A stretch of 18,763 bases of DNA. Origin: Pedosphaera sp. (lineage in GTDB: Bacteria > Verrucomicrobiota > Verrucomicrobiia > Limisphaerales > SIBH01). The notes under the pieces were generated by a model, which saw only the letters and a program-made list of their open reading frames with translations, did no database searches and was not told the DNA's origin. Made by a program: the position numbers and the translations under genes. Within the stretch, counting starts at the first letter, position 1; each line of letters starts with the position of its first letter. The stretch covers positions 1 to 18,763 of the forward strand of contig JANOQV010000273.1 of assembly GCA_031414955.1 (NCBI GenBank). Direction: 5' to 3'. Positions 1 through 7,956 of this stretch are shown piece after piece.

Positions 1-55
1 TGGGCCGGGGCTTGGGCGCGGGACTGGGTTGACTTGGGGGCGATGCTTTTTTCAT
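1..55 (-). CDS. 5' end of a possible CDS running off the left edge (MKKASPPSQPSPAPKPRP...)
   Basis: ATG at 55 on the minus strand, frame open to the window edge, downstream of and co-oriented with the 128..1801 gene. Only 18 codons are visible. Confidence 0.35.
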   Translation of the reverse strand, partial: MKKASPPSQPSPAPKPRP

Positions 56-127
56 GTGACGACACGACAGCCATGTTCTTGTTTTTGCCGGTCGAGGAAC
101 CGTGACCACCTCACTTTAAGAACAGTG

Positions 128-1801
128 TCAAGATGCACCCCGTGCGAGGTCGGCGGGAACGCCGTGCTCCACTTTGAACCAGGGTTGCTGGAGGGTCTTC
201 AATTGGCGTGGTCCGAAGACGAGGTTGGTGACCACGCGTTGGGCATCGATAAAAAGGTCGCGCTCGATCTGGATCGTGCCGTCGGAATCCGTATGCGGCG
301 TGCTGCTGGTGCTGCCCCCGCCGGTCATCTGGAGGTTGAACTCAACCGGCAGGTTCGTGAGCGGCTGGCCCTGGGCAAGGAAGCGGAAGGCGACGCGTGG
401 CCTGGAGATTTGCGCCGGAACATGTTCGCCAAAGTCGCTCAGGGCCGAACTTGCCTTCTCCCGAACTCTTGCGTAGGGGGAATTAAGCCCGGCGCGCAAA
501 GCCGGCCTCGCTTCACTCCGCCGCAGTTCGGTCAGAATCCGCGCAATCGTTTCCGCCACCGGACCGCTGACGTCGGGCTGGCTCAGTTTGTCGCCGAGCA
601 GCTTGATCAGAGCGAGTTGGAACTCGGGCGAAACCGCGTTGGTCAGAGGGCGCACGAATTCCATCTCCGACCAGTGAGTGTTGAAAGTGATCGATCTCAT
701 GGCGTTGGTGGTGGAGATGCGTTCGGTGGGACCGATGATCGCGCCGAGCGCCAGCAGATAGTTTCGATCGTCCAGCAACCCGGGAACCTTCGCCATGTCC
801 ACGAGCATCCTCACGCCTTTCTCGGAACCAAACCTGGCCAACGCCCGCGAGGCTCCTGCGTTGGACCAGGAAGGGCGATTGACCAGTTCGCCCGCGTAAA
901 GGGTTTCCCAATCCAACCCGCACTTCGTGATGAACTGCCGCTTCCATGCCATGTCATCCCCCGGTATGGGCAACGACCAGTATCCTTCACCACTGAGGCG
1001 GAGCAGCGTCGCGAGCGCGGCGGCGGAATTGTTTTCCTTGAGCAGGGCGAGAAATAATGCACGGGAGTGCGGCACCTCGAACAGGTCCGAGCCGGTGCCG
1101 CACCAGCCACCCCATTTGAAGCGCAGGATTTGTTCGGACGCATTCGTCGCCCGTCCGTGCAGGAGCTGGCTGATCGTATCGTAGAAGAAACCCCAGTTGG
1201 CCTGCGCGGTCATCCAGGCATTGCTGGGAGCGGGCGGTTGAAGCGATACGACCGCCTGATACCAGCGCCCGGCCCCGGCCAGTTCGGGCGAGGCCGCGCC
1301 CGCGCCCGGCGGCGAGGTTGCGGCCATCGCCGGCAACTTGGCCCCAAGATCTGGATCTCCCCGCCATGCTTCGGTCTCCAGTCTTGCGGCAAAGTCCAGG
1401 AGCGCGTTCATCATGTATTGGCGAGGCCGGCCTTCGGCCGGAAGTTTGTCGGCGAAATCGAGCCACTGTTCGAAGTCGGCGCGGGTTCCGTTCCGCGCCA
1501 GCAGTCGCACGAGGTAGCTCATGTGCAGGCTGTGAGTAATCTGTTCCGTCCCCTTGGAGCGCGCGGTCTCCAAGCGCTGAAGCACCAGCCACAAGTCACT
1601 CGCCGGAAGGGGAGGCTGGGCGCGTGCGGCTGCGGTATGGAAGTAAAAGAATCCGGCGAAGAAATCCTTGTCGCTCATCCGGATGAGTTCGCTGGCGCGG
1701 GTCCGGGGATCGGCGGCGGGCGCGGATTGAATGGGGAAAGCCGCGGCCCAGACGCACCCGGCGCAGGCCAGCAGCTTCAAGAATGAATCAGTCACGCGCA
1801 T
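128..1801 (-). CDS. Exported hypothetical protein with a HEAT-like repeat and a C-terminal beta-rich domain
   Basis: 584-aa ORF (128..1882). Start placed at ATG 1801 because MRVTDSFLKLLACAGCVWAAAFPIQSAPA resembles a Sec signal peptide. HEAT-like segment ARPALRAGLNSPYARVREKASSALSDFG; C-terminal FRFLAQGQPLTNLPVEF..TDSDGTIQI resembles a prealbumin/carboxypeptidase-regulatory-like fold. Confidence 0.7.
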   Translation of the reverse strand: MRVTDSFLKLLACAGCVWAAAFPIQSAPAADPRTRASELIRMSDKDFFAGFFYFHTAAARAQPPLPASDLWLVLQRLETARSKGTEQITHSLHMSYLVRLLARNGTRADFEQWLDFADKLPAEGRPRQYMMNALLDFAARLETEAWRGDPDLGAKLPAMAATSPPGAGAASPELAGAGRWYQAVVSLQPPAPSNAWMTAQANWGFFYDTISQLLHGRATNASEQILRFKWGGWCGTGSDLFEVPHSRALFLALLKENNSAAALATLLRLSGEGYWSLPIPGDDMAWKRQFITKCGLDWETLYAGELVNRPSWSNAGASRALARFGSEKGVRMLVDMAKVPGLLDDRNYLLALGAIIGPTERISTTNAMRSITFNTHWSEMEFVRPLTNAVSPEFQLALIKLLGDKLSQPDVSGPVAETIARILTELRRSEARPALRAGLNSPYARVREKASSALSDFGEHVPAQISRPRVAFRFLAQGQPLTNLPVEFNLQMTGGGSTSSTPHTDSDGTIQIERDLFIDAQRVVTNLVFGPRQLKTLQQPWFKVEHGVPADLARGAS

Positions 1802-1948
1802 TGGACGGCAAAGATGCCCGTTTGTTCCGCCCAGGTTGAGCTTTATCTCCTGGGCGAGGAAGCCGTCCTCCTTAGAATCCACGGCGGGGCATGGCCTGCC
1901 AAAGCTCTCCCCAGTGATTTTTCGGAGAGCGCAAACCGGTGCAGATGT

Positions 1949-3259
1949 TCAGAGCGCGCCCGCCACTGCGGAGAGTTGAGGCACGGCGCTCAACGGAGGG
2001 GGCGTCTTGCGGCGGTAAACTTGAATCTCGTAGGGGCGGCTGGGCGCGTACTCGTCGAGCATCTCGGGAAGTTTCATCAACACCCAGGGTTGCTGCGGGT
2101 TGGCGCCGTTTTTGGTGAAGACCACTTCGTCGGCGATATGGACACACATGTGCAGCGCCTGGTGGTCGCGACCGACGAGCAGCAGCACGTCGCCAAATTG
2201 TTTCGAGCCGTCGCGCACCCGGAGGTAGTCCTCACGGAGCGCACGCTGGGTTTGTTCCGGGTTGAAGAATCCGTCGTCGGGTACGGGGTTGAAAAAATTC
2301 ATGGCCGTCCAGAAGCAGTCCTGGTGGCGCAGCTTCGGGTCACGCGGGGCGGGATAAGTGTAGAGCCGCAGCCGGGCGAAGGGCGGCAGCAGGTCCGCAA
2401 TGTTGAGGCTCGATCCATCGGGCACGCGCGCCATCGATTCCAGCAGCGGCTTGTAAGTGTGGGCCGGGCCCAGCGCGCCCCAGTATTTCAGGAGCGCGTC
2501 CCGATCCGTCTTCGCATCCAAATGGAGTTGCATGACGAAGGTCGGGACGCGCCAGAGGCTCTTGATCAGGCATTTGGTTTCCTCGGGGGTGGAGACTTGG
2601 GAGAAGGTGGCGGCGTCGGCGAAGCAGAGGCTGTTCTCCTGTGTGTAGGTCAGGCTGCGGGCGAGGTCACGCTTGGTCGCGGGCAGGCCACAGTCGGCAA
2701 ACCATTCATCAAATCCTCCGCGCCGGAAGCGAAAGGGCATGGCCTGCGGCACGTTTTCCGGGTTGGCCCCGAGCAGGCCGTAGAGGCGCTGTCGGGTGGC
2801 GGTGCTCAATCCCAGCACCACCTCCGGCGCGGGCGAGAGGCGGATGCCGTCCGGGAGCATTTCCCAGTGGGCGCGGTTGCCCAGTTGCGCGCGCGCCACG
2901 CCGTTCAAATCGAGCGCGGCCAGGAGCGCGGTCAGTTGTTGCTCGGTGTGATTGCGGAAAATCCAGACGGGCCTCTCGCCGTGGCCCAGGTCCTGATTGA
3001 AATGCGCCTCGGGACGGTCGAGCGCGATGGGCATGTACTCGATTTGTCCCCACGGAGAAGTCTTGGTGGCGGCGGCCGGTTCGCCGGCTCGCGCGGTGGC
3101 GGGCAAGGCGCGGGGACTCAGCGCGCCGTGCCCCGGCCAGAACAGAAACTGGAGCAGCAGCATCAAGCCCATGCCGGCCGCAATAAAAAAGAGGTAGGAG
3201 ATGACTGTGCGACCCGCCTGCTGGGCGGTGGAACTGGCCTGTTTGTTCGGACGTTTCAA
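1949..3259 (-). CDS. Membrane-anchored hypothetical protein with a putative C-terminal papain-like (NlpC/P60 superfamily) domain
   Basis: Long ORF (to 3454). Start uncertain, TTG 3259 chosen because the upstream part runs through promoter-like and repeat DNA. One TM helix (VISYLFFIAAGMGLMLLLQFLFW). C-terminal DCFWTAMNFF...FGDVLLL...HMCVHIAD..FTKNG. Confidence 0.7.
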   Translation of the reverse strand: MKRPNKQASSTAQQAGRTVISYLFFIAAGMGLMLLLQFLFWPGHGALSPRALPATARAGEPAAATKTSPWGQIEYMPIALDRPEAHFNQDLGHGERPVWIFRNHTEQQLTALLAALDLNGVARAQLGNRAHWEMLPDGIRLSPAPEVVLGLSTATRQRLYGLLGANPENVPQAMPFRFRRGGFDEWFADCGLPATKRDLARSLTYTQENSLCFADAATFSQVSTPEETKCLIKSLWRVPTFVMQLHLDAKTDRDALLKYWGALGPAHTYKPLLESMARVPDGSSLNIADLLPPFARLRLYTYPAPRDPKLRHQDCFWTAMNFFNPVPDDGFFNPEQTQRALREDYLRVRDGSKQFGDVLLLVGRDHQALHMCVHIADEVVFTKNGANPQQPWVLMKLPEMLDEYAPSRPYEIQVYRRKTPPPLSAVPQLSAVAGAL

Positions 3260-3433
3260 AATGAGGGCGGAAAATACTCGGCTTCCGGCAAAAAACAAAA
3301 AATTCCCACGCAGGTTGAGTGACAATCCTGTCACGGAAGCAGTTACAAGAATCGCTGCCGCCGTGCCCCGGTTGGATTTGCCGACGTGTCTAAGAGCACC
3401 GCCCCGCAAACAGTCTGTGCTCGGCGATGCCGC

Positions 3434-3612
3434 AGAGCCGGTCTGAAAAGTCACTGGGGCAGCGCAAGCTGCCAGTCCCGGAGTGCGCCCGTCCCCGGGC
3501 GCAGCAACGTGCGAACCTCAGCGGGTATGGGATTTTCCGACGCGCTCCAAGTCATCACGTGGCTGCGCCCGGGGACGGGCGCACTCCGCCTCCGAATTTT
3601 CAGACCGGCTCT
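3434..3612. repeat. Nested inverted-repeat element (REPIN/MITE-like)
   Basis: Outer perfect 16-bp IR AGAGCCGGTCTGAAAA (3434-3449) / TTTTCAGACCGGCTCT (3597-3612). Inner perfect 27-bp IR CGGAGTGCGCCCGTCCCCGGGCGCAGC (3479-3505) / 3562-3588, extending to 33 bp with one mismatch. Confidence 0.85.
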
Positions 3613-4802
3613 CAGAGCTGAGGCGATTCGCCTTCCGATCTTGTCCTGAGCATCGTGGCCGCGGCGATCACGCCGAGCAGGCCGCAACCGATCCAGAGCC
3701 AGAACGGGGCGGCGGCGTGAAGGCGCACGCCCGTGCCGGGTCCGAGGGTGAGTCCGAGCGCCCAGACCAATCCGTACGCGCCCATGTATCGACCGCGCAT
3801 CTCCGGCGGCACTCCGCCCACGATGTAAGCTGAAGCCACCGGCATGGCGATCATTTCGCCCAGGGTGAAGACGAGCACGACGAGGATCAAAGCCGGAATG
3901 GTCGCGGCCCAGCCAATCAGCGCGAACCCAACCCCGATCAGCAGATACCCCGCCGCGATGGTGGGCCTGGTTGGCAGGCGGCGGGTCCATGCGGTCAGCG
4001 GCAATTCAAACAGCACGATCAGCACCCCGTTGAGTGAGAGCAGCAGTCCGTAAATCTTGAGGTCCAAGCCACACGACCGGACATGCAGGCCAAAGGTGGA
4101 ACTCATCTGGAGGAAGACGAGCGCAATGGCAAACTGCGAGAGCAGCATCAGGTGCAAGCGCCGATCCTGCCGCATGACGCGCCAGGCGGCGCTCCACTTC
4201 AGCGCCGCCGTGCCGGCCCGCACGCCGTGCGGCAGAAAAAACCACGCCAGCAGTCCATAGAGCACCGAGGTGATGGCATCGCCAATGAAAAGCCACTTGA
4301 AGGAATACTGCGCGAGAAAACCGGCCGTGGCCGGCCCGAAGGCAAAGCCCGCGTTCAGGGCCCAGCGCAATGCGGCGAAGGCCGTCACGCGCTGCTCCGG
4401 CGTCACCAGATCCGCCAGCAACGCCGTGCTGGCCGGTCGATACAACTCCGTCGTCAGCCCGGCCAGCGCCGTCAGCGCCATGATGGCTGGCAAAGAGTCC
4501 GCCTGCGCCAGCAACAGCATGGACCCGGCCGAGGAGAACATGGAGAGCGCAATGGTCTTCCGGCGGCCGATGCGATCCGCGAGATCACCGCCCACGAACG
4601 CCGCCACGAAATGGCCCGCTCCGTAGGCGGAGAGCGCCAGCGCCGCATCCCCGTCCGAGAAGCCGCGCTCGCGCACGTAGATGGTCAGGAACGGGATGAC
4701 GAATGAACCAAAGCGGTTGATGAACGTGCCCAGGTAGAGCAGCCACGCCTCGCGCGGCAGCGACTTCAAGCTCGCGGCCAATCCCAACTGGTCGGCCTTC
4801 AT
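3612..4802 (-). CDS. MFS transporter (MdtH/DHA1-like)
   Basis: 396 aa with ~12 hydrophobic segments. MFS motif A GGDLADRIGRRK; N-terminal LYLGTFINRFGSFVIPFLTIY; PPEMRGRYMG motif in the second half. Confidence 0.92.
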   Translation of the reverse strand: MKADQLGLAASLKSLPREAWLLYLGTFINRFGSFVIPFLTIYVRERGFSDGDAALALSAYGAGHFVAAFVGGDLADRIGRRKTIALSMFSSAGSMLLLAQADSLPAIMALTALAGLTTELYRPASTALLADLVTPEQRVTAFAALRWALNAGFAFGPATAGFLAQYSFKWLFIGDAITSVLYGLLAWFFLPHGVRAGTAALKWSAAWRVMRQDRRLHLMLLSQFAIALVFLQMSSTFGLHVRSCGLDLKIYGLLLSLNGVLIVLFELPLTAWTRRLPTRPTIAAGYLLIGVGFALIGWAATIPALILVVLVFTLGEMIAMPVASAYIVGGVPPEMRGRYMGAYGLVWALGLTLGPGTGVRLHAAAPFWLWIGCGLLGVIAAATMLRTRSEGESPQL

Positions 4803-4818
4803 GGTGCGTGCCTCGCCT

Positions 4819-5718
4819 TCAAGCTTGTCGCCCCAGCCGGTCCCCCATGCGCGCGTACAGCTCCGTGCGCCGGGAGGATTGCGCCACCAGATCGTCGGCT
4901 AGGCGGACGCGCCCGCGCTCGAAGAGCGTGATGGTCGAGGAGCCGCCGAAGCGGAAGTAACCCTTCTCCGCCCCCTTGGCCACGCGCGCCCCCGGCCGGA
5001 AGGTGTATTCAAATCCGCCCACGCAGGTCGCGCCCACCTCCAGCATGAGCACCGTGCCGAACTCGGGCGACTCGATGCGCGTCACCGCGCGCTTGTTCTC
5101 GCTGAAGATATGGATGTTCTTGCGCAAGGCGATCGGGCTTACCGAATAGAGCGGTCCGTTGATCAGGCGCGGTGCGTTCGCCACTCCGGCCACGGGGAAA
5201 TGAAACCGGTGATAATCCACCGGGCAGAGCCGCGACATCACCATCGCGCCGTCGCGGAAATGTTCCGCGAGCGTGTCGTCGCCGAGCAGTTTGCGCAGAT
5301 CGAAGACCGCGCCTTTGACGAAGATGCCATCGAGCTGGGAGAGATCCTGAAAACCCAGATGCCGCCCGTCCGCCGGGAAAATGGCGGTGGCCGGATCGGG
5401 GACGATGGGCCGCGCCTCCGGCTTGAGCTTGCGAAAGAAGAACTCGTTGAAGGTGCGATAGGAATCCGGCGCCGCGGCGAACTCCGCCACGTTCACGCCG
5501 TAAGTCTCGATGAAGGGCGCGACCTTGGCCCGGCTCGCCGCCCGGTCCATGCGCCAGCCGTACCAGCGCGAGAAGACCGAGCGTTTCACCAGCGCGTGCA
5601 AGGCCAGTTGCCCGAGCGGATTCCCATAGCTGAAACGCAGAAAGCCCTCGCCATAGACCGTCTCCGTCTCCATGCGTCCCGTGGAGCGGTTGAAATACTG
5701 AATCGGCTCCGATGCCAT
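4819..5718 (-). CDS. psd: Phosphatidylserine decarboxylase proenzyme
   Basis: Motifs YRTFNEFFFRKLKPEARP, FPADGR, RLCPVDYHRFHFP, EVGATCVG and KGAEKGYFRFGGSST (autocleavage GS/S region). Confidence 0.95.
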   Translation of the reverse strand: MASEPIQYFNRSTGRMETETVYGEGFLRFSYGNPLGQLALHALVKRSVFSRWYGWRMDRAASRAKVAPFIETYGVNVAEFAAAPDSYRTFNEFFFRKLKPEARPIVPDPATAIFPADGRHLGFQDLSQLDGIFVKGAVFDLRKLLGDDTLAEHFRDGAMVMSRLCPVDYHRFHFPVAGVANAPRLINGPLYSVSPIALRKNIHIFSENKRAVTRIESPEFGTVLMLEVGATCVGGFEYTFRPGARVAKGAEKGYFRFGGSSTITLFERGRVRLADDLVAQSSRRTELYARMGDRLGRQA

Positions 5719-5778
5719 TCTGATCAGCCTAGCGAGTGGCGCGGCGGCTAATCAAGGCGTGCATCTCGGCGGGGTGCG

Positions 5779-5830
5779 ATTGTAAGTGGCGGGCACCAGG
5801 AGTTGGGTTTTGTCGCGCTGCGACAAAACC
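5779..5830 (-). promoter_or_regulatory. Possible psd promoter (-10 TACAAT) with an upstream 11-bp palindrome
   Basis: TACAAT on the minus strand at 5779-5784. Perfect IR GGTTTTGTCGC-gct-GCGACAAAACC at 5806-5830. No consensus -35. Confidence 0.35.
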
Positions 5831-6134
5831 AGCCCGCGCCGAGCGGGCGGTTCGACAGCACGGGGATCAAAGTCGCGCCCACCATCCTCCGCGCCGTTCT
5901 GCGCGGCGCGACGGCTCGCTGCGCGAGCAGTTCGCATCGAGTTCCAGCAGCGCTTGGAACAGCGGCGCGGGGAAGGCGACCCGGCGGAATCCTGGGCCGT
6001 GTTCCGGCGCGACTGGCGGCGGGGGGGCGGAGGACTTCGCGCAATGCCTGGCCGAACGACCGGACGCGGCCTCCACTGGACGTAGGAAGCGAGGTTGAGT
6101 TGGCGGCGCACGACCATCGCTCGCGCCAGCAGCC

Positions 6135-6162
6135 TTGAACTTTCCGCCCGCCCCGCCACCCT
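6135..6162 (+). promoter_or_regulatory. Possible sigma70-type promoter for a leaderless transcript of the methyltransferase/R-M block
   Basis: TTGAAC (6135-6140), 16 nt, CACCCT (6157-6162), then ATG at 6170 with no Shine-Dalgarno. Weak -10. Confidence 0.3.
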
Positions 6163-6229
6163 GCCGCGCATGGCACGCAAGCAGGCCGGCGACGCACCGG
6201 CGAAAACTCCGGCTCCCGCCGCCGACTCT

Positions 6230-6272
6230 CCCTCTCCGCCTCGAACGGGGAGAGGGACCAAGGGTGAGGTGT
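6230..6272. repeat. CCCTCTCC..GGGGAGAGGG..GGGTGAGG-type palindromic repeat inside the methyltransferase 5' region
   Basis: CCCTCTCCGCCTCGAACGGGGAGAGGGACCAAGGGTGAGGTG hairpin, resembling a widespread REP family. Confidence 0.6.
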
Positions 6273-6297
6273 CGAAAACAAATTCGAGCACGCCGAC

Positions 6298-6369
6298 GGA
6301 GCGCGGCGTTCACGCCGCTTCCACGTCCGCCGACCAGAGCAGCGTGAAGCGGGCTGAAGCCCGCGCTCC
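6298..6369. repeat. GGAG-family REP doublet (REPIN), in-frame in the methyltransferase remnant
   Basis: GGAGCGCGGCGTTCACGCCGCTTC (6298-6321) and inverted GAAGCGGGCTGAAGCCCGCGCTCC (6346-6369). Each has its own hairpin, with compensatory stem changes between copies. Confidence 0.8.
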
Positions 6370-6738
6370 TCGCACCTCTGCCCTGCTCGACACCCGCGTC
6401 GTTTACTGCGGCGACAATCTGGAACAGCTCCGCAAGCTCCCGCCGCAGTGCGTGGATTTGATTTACATCGCCCCGCCCTTCAACTCGAACCGCAACTACG
6501 AAGTGTTCTGGGGCGAGACCAAGGAGATGCGCGCCTTCGACGACCGCCACGAAAACACTCAGGCTTACATCGACTTCATGCGCCCGCGCTGCATGGAACT
6601 GGCCCGCGTGCTCAAGAAGACCGGCAGCTTCTACTACCACTGCGACTGGCACGCCGCCCATTACGTCAAGGTGATGCTCGACCAGATTTTCGGGGAGAAT
6701 AATTTCCAACGCTCAAGTTTTTCTGCATCATCTAGAAA

Positions 6739-7956
6739 ATGTTGAAAGTTTTGGACACATTCGCGGGAGCCGGAGGGTTTAGTCTCGGATTTGAACTGGC
6801 TGGGTGCGCGGTTGTGGGCGGGATTGAGATGGATTCCTGGGCCAGTGAAACCTTTGCCCACAATCACCCAAATGCACTGGTCATTACGCGGGATATTCAA
6901 CTCGTCAGCGACGACGAACTGCGTGACGCCTTCGCGGATCGACGTCCCGACATTCTACTTGGTGGCCCGCCTTGCCAGGGTTTCTCACTGTGCCGGAAAA
7001 ACGCCGGCGATCCAATGGACCCAAAGAATTCTTTGTTTGTCGAATTCCTGCGCATCGCCAGAGCCTTGGAGCCGGATTACGTGATCATGGAGAATGTTCC
7101 AAACATTGAAAACGCGCGCACCCACGGTGGTCAAACTGTGATCGAAATCATCAAGCGGGAGTTGAATGCCTTGGACTACCACGTTTCTCACACTGTTCTT
7201 GAAGCCACGGACTTCGGCATCCCACAAATTCGGAAACGCCTCTTCGTTGTAGCCTCCGCGCCAAATCTTGAAACACCCTTTCCAATTCCGACGCATTGCA
7301 TCCGAAGAGGTGTGGACGATTTATTCGCCGGTTCGCTGGAACCCTGTCCAACGCTATGGGACGCGATTTCTGACTTGCCCGCTTTGAAGGCGGGTGAAGG
7401 GAGCGAGTTGCAAGATTACACAAACGATCCAGAGAACGAATATCAGCGCCGACTTCGGGCCGACAGTGAATCGCTTTGGAACCATAAAGCCATGTGCCAC
7501 TCGAAACGGGTAATTGAGCGATTTGCTTCCATGACCTGTGGCCAGTCGGTTTCCGACGTTCCGAAGCATCTGCGCCCGCTCCAACGGAATGGCAATGGCA
7601 AGATTTCGGGAAAGGTCTATGACCAGAACAATCGCCGGCTTCACCCTAACCGGCCGTGCCACACCATCCCCGCATCATTTTACGCCAATTTTGTTCACCC
7701 ACATCAACACCGAAACTTTACTCCTCGCGAGGGAGCAAGATTGCAATCATTCCCGGACCGGTTTGTGTTCAAGGGCAAACCAACGGTCGTCAGCCACAAA
7801 TTGTTGGCTCGTGAAGGCCGCACCGATGAAAAGCATCTGTGCCAGTACAATCAGATTGGTAATGCAGTGCCGCCGCTGCTGGCAAAGGCCATAGCCGAGA
7901 ATCTGCTGACTCAGACGCGATACGAACCGACAACCCGATATGCATGTTCACGGTGA
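6739..7956 (+). CDS. DNA (cytosine-5)-methyltransferase of a Type II R-M system, M.DdeI/Bpu10I-like
   Basis: C5-MTase motifs in order: I DTFAGAGG, IV GGPPCQGFS, VI ENV, VIII PQIRKR, IX REGARLQSFPD, X QIGNAVPP. Variable region (NHKAMCH..ISGKVYDQNN..ASFYANFVHP) recalls the CTNAG-core M.DdeI clade. Confidence 0.95.
   Translation: MLKVLDTFAGAGGFSLGFELAGCAVVGGIEMDSWASETFAHNHPNALVITRDIQLVSDDELRDAFADRRPDILLGGPPCQGFSLCRKNAGDPMDPKNSLFVEFLRIARALEPDYVIMENVPNIENARTHGGQTVIEIIKRELNALDYHVSHTVLEATDFGIPQIRKRLFVVASAPNLETPFPIPTHCIRRGVDDLFAGSLEPCPTLWDAISDLPALKAGEGSELQDYTNDPENEYQRRLRADSESLWNHKAMCHSKRVIERFASMTCGQSVSDVPKHLRPLQRNGNGKISGKVYDQNNRRLHPNRPCHTIPASFYANFVHPHQHRNFTPREGARLQSFPDRFVFKGKPTVVSHKLLAREGRTDEKHLCQYNQIGNAVPPLLAKAIAENLLTQTRYEPTTRYACSR

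Larger units (their letters stand above)
6170..6745 (+). pseudogene. Truncated beta-class N6-adenine/N4-cytosine DNA methyltransferase (N-terminal half only)
   Basis: VVYCGDNLEQL..CVDLIYIAPPFNSNRNY..ELARVLKKTGSFYYHCDWHAAHYVKVMLDQIFGENNF is the typical N-terminal half of this family. Motif IV reads APPF (GCC at 6470) instead of DPPF. Similarity stops at ~6708 where GC drops, and the SAM-binding FxGxG motif is absent. Confidence 0.88.

Noticed and set aside
3260..3454. N-terminal extension of the 501-aa ORF and the 3451..3990 ORF
   Set aside because: These run through promoter-like AT-rich DNA and the REPIN/MITE, or overlap the MFS gene in another frame.
5748..6291. Minus-strand ORFs of 177-179 aa upstream of psd
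   Set aside because: Low-complexity Arg/Pro-rich translations that begin within REP DNA and overlap the methyltransferase remnant. No family recognised.
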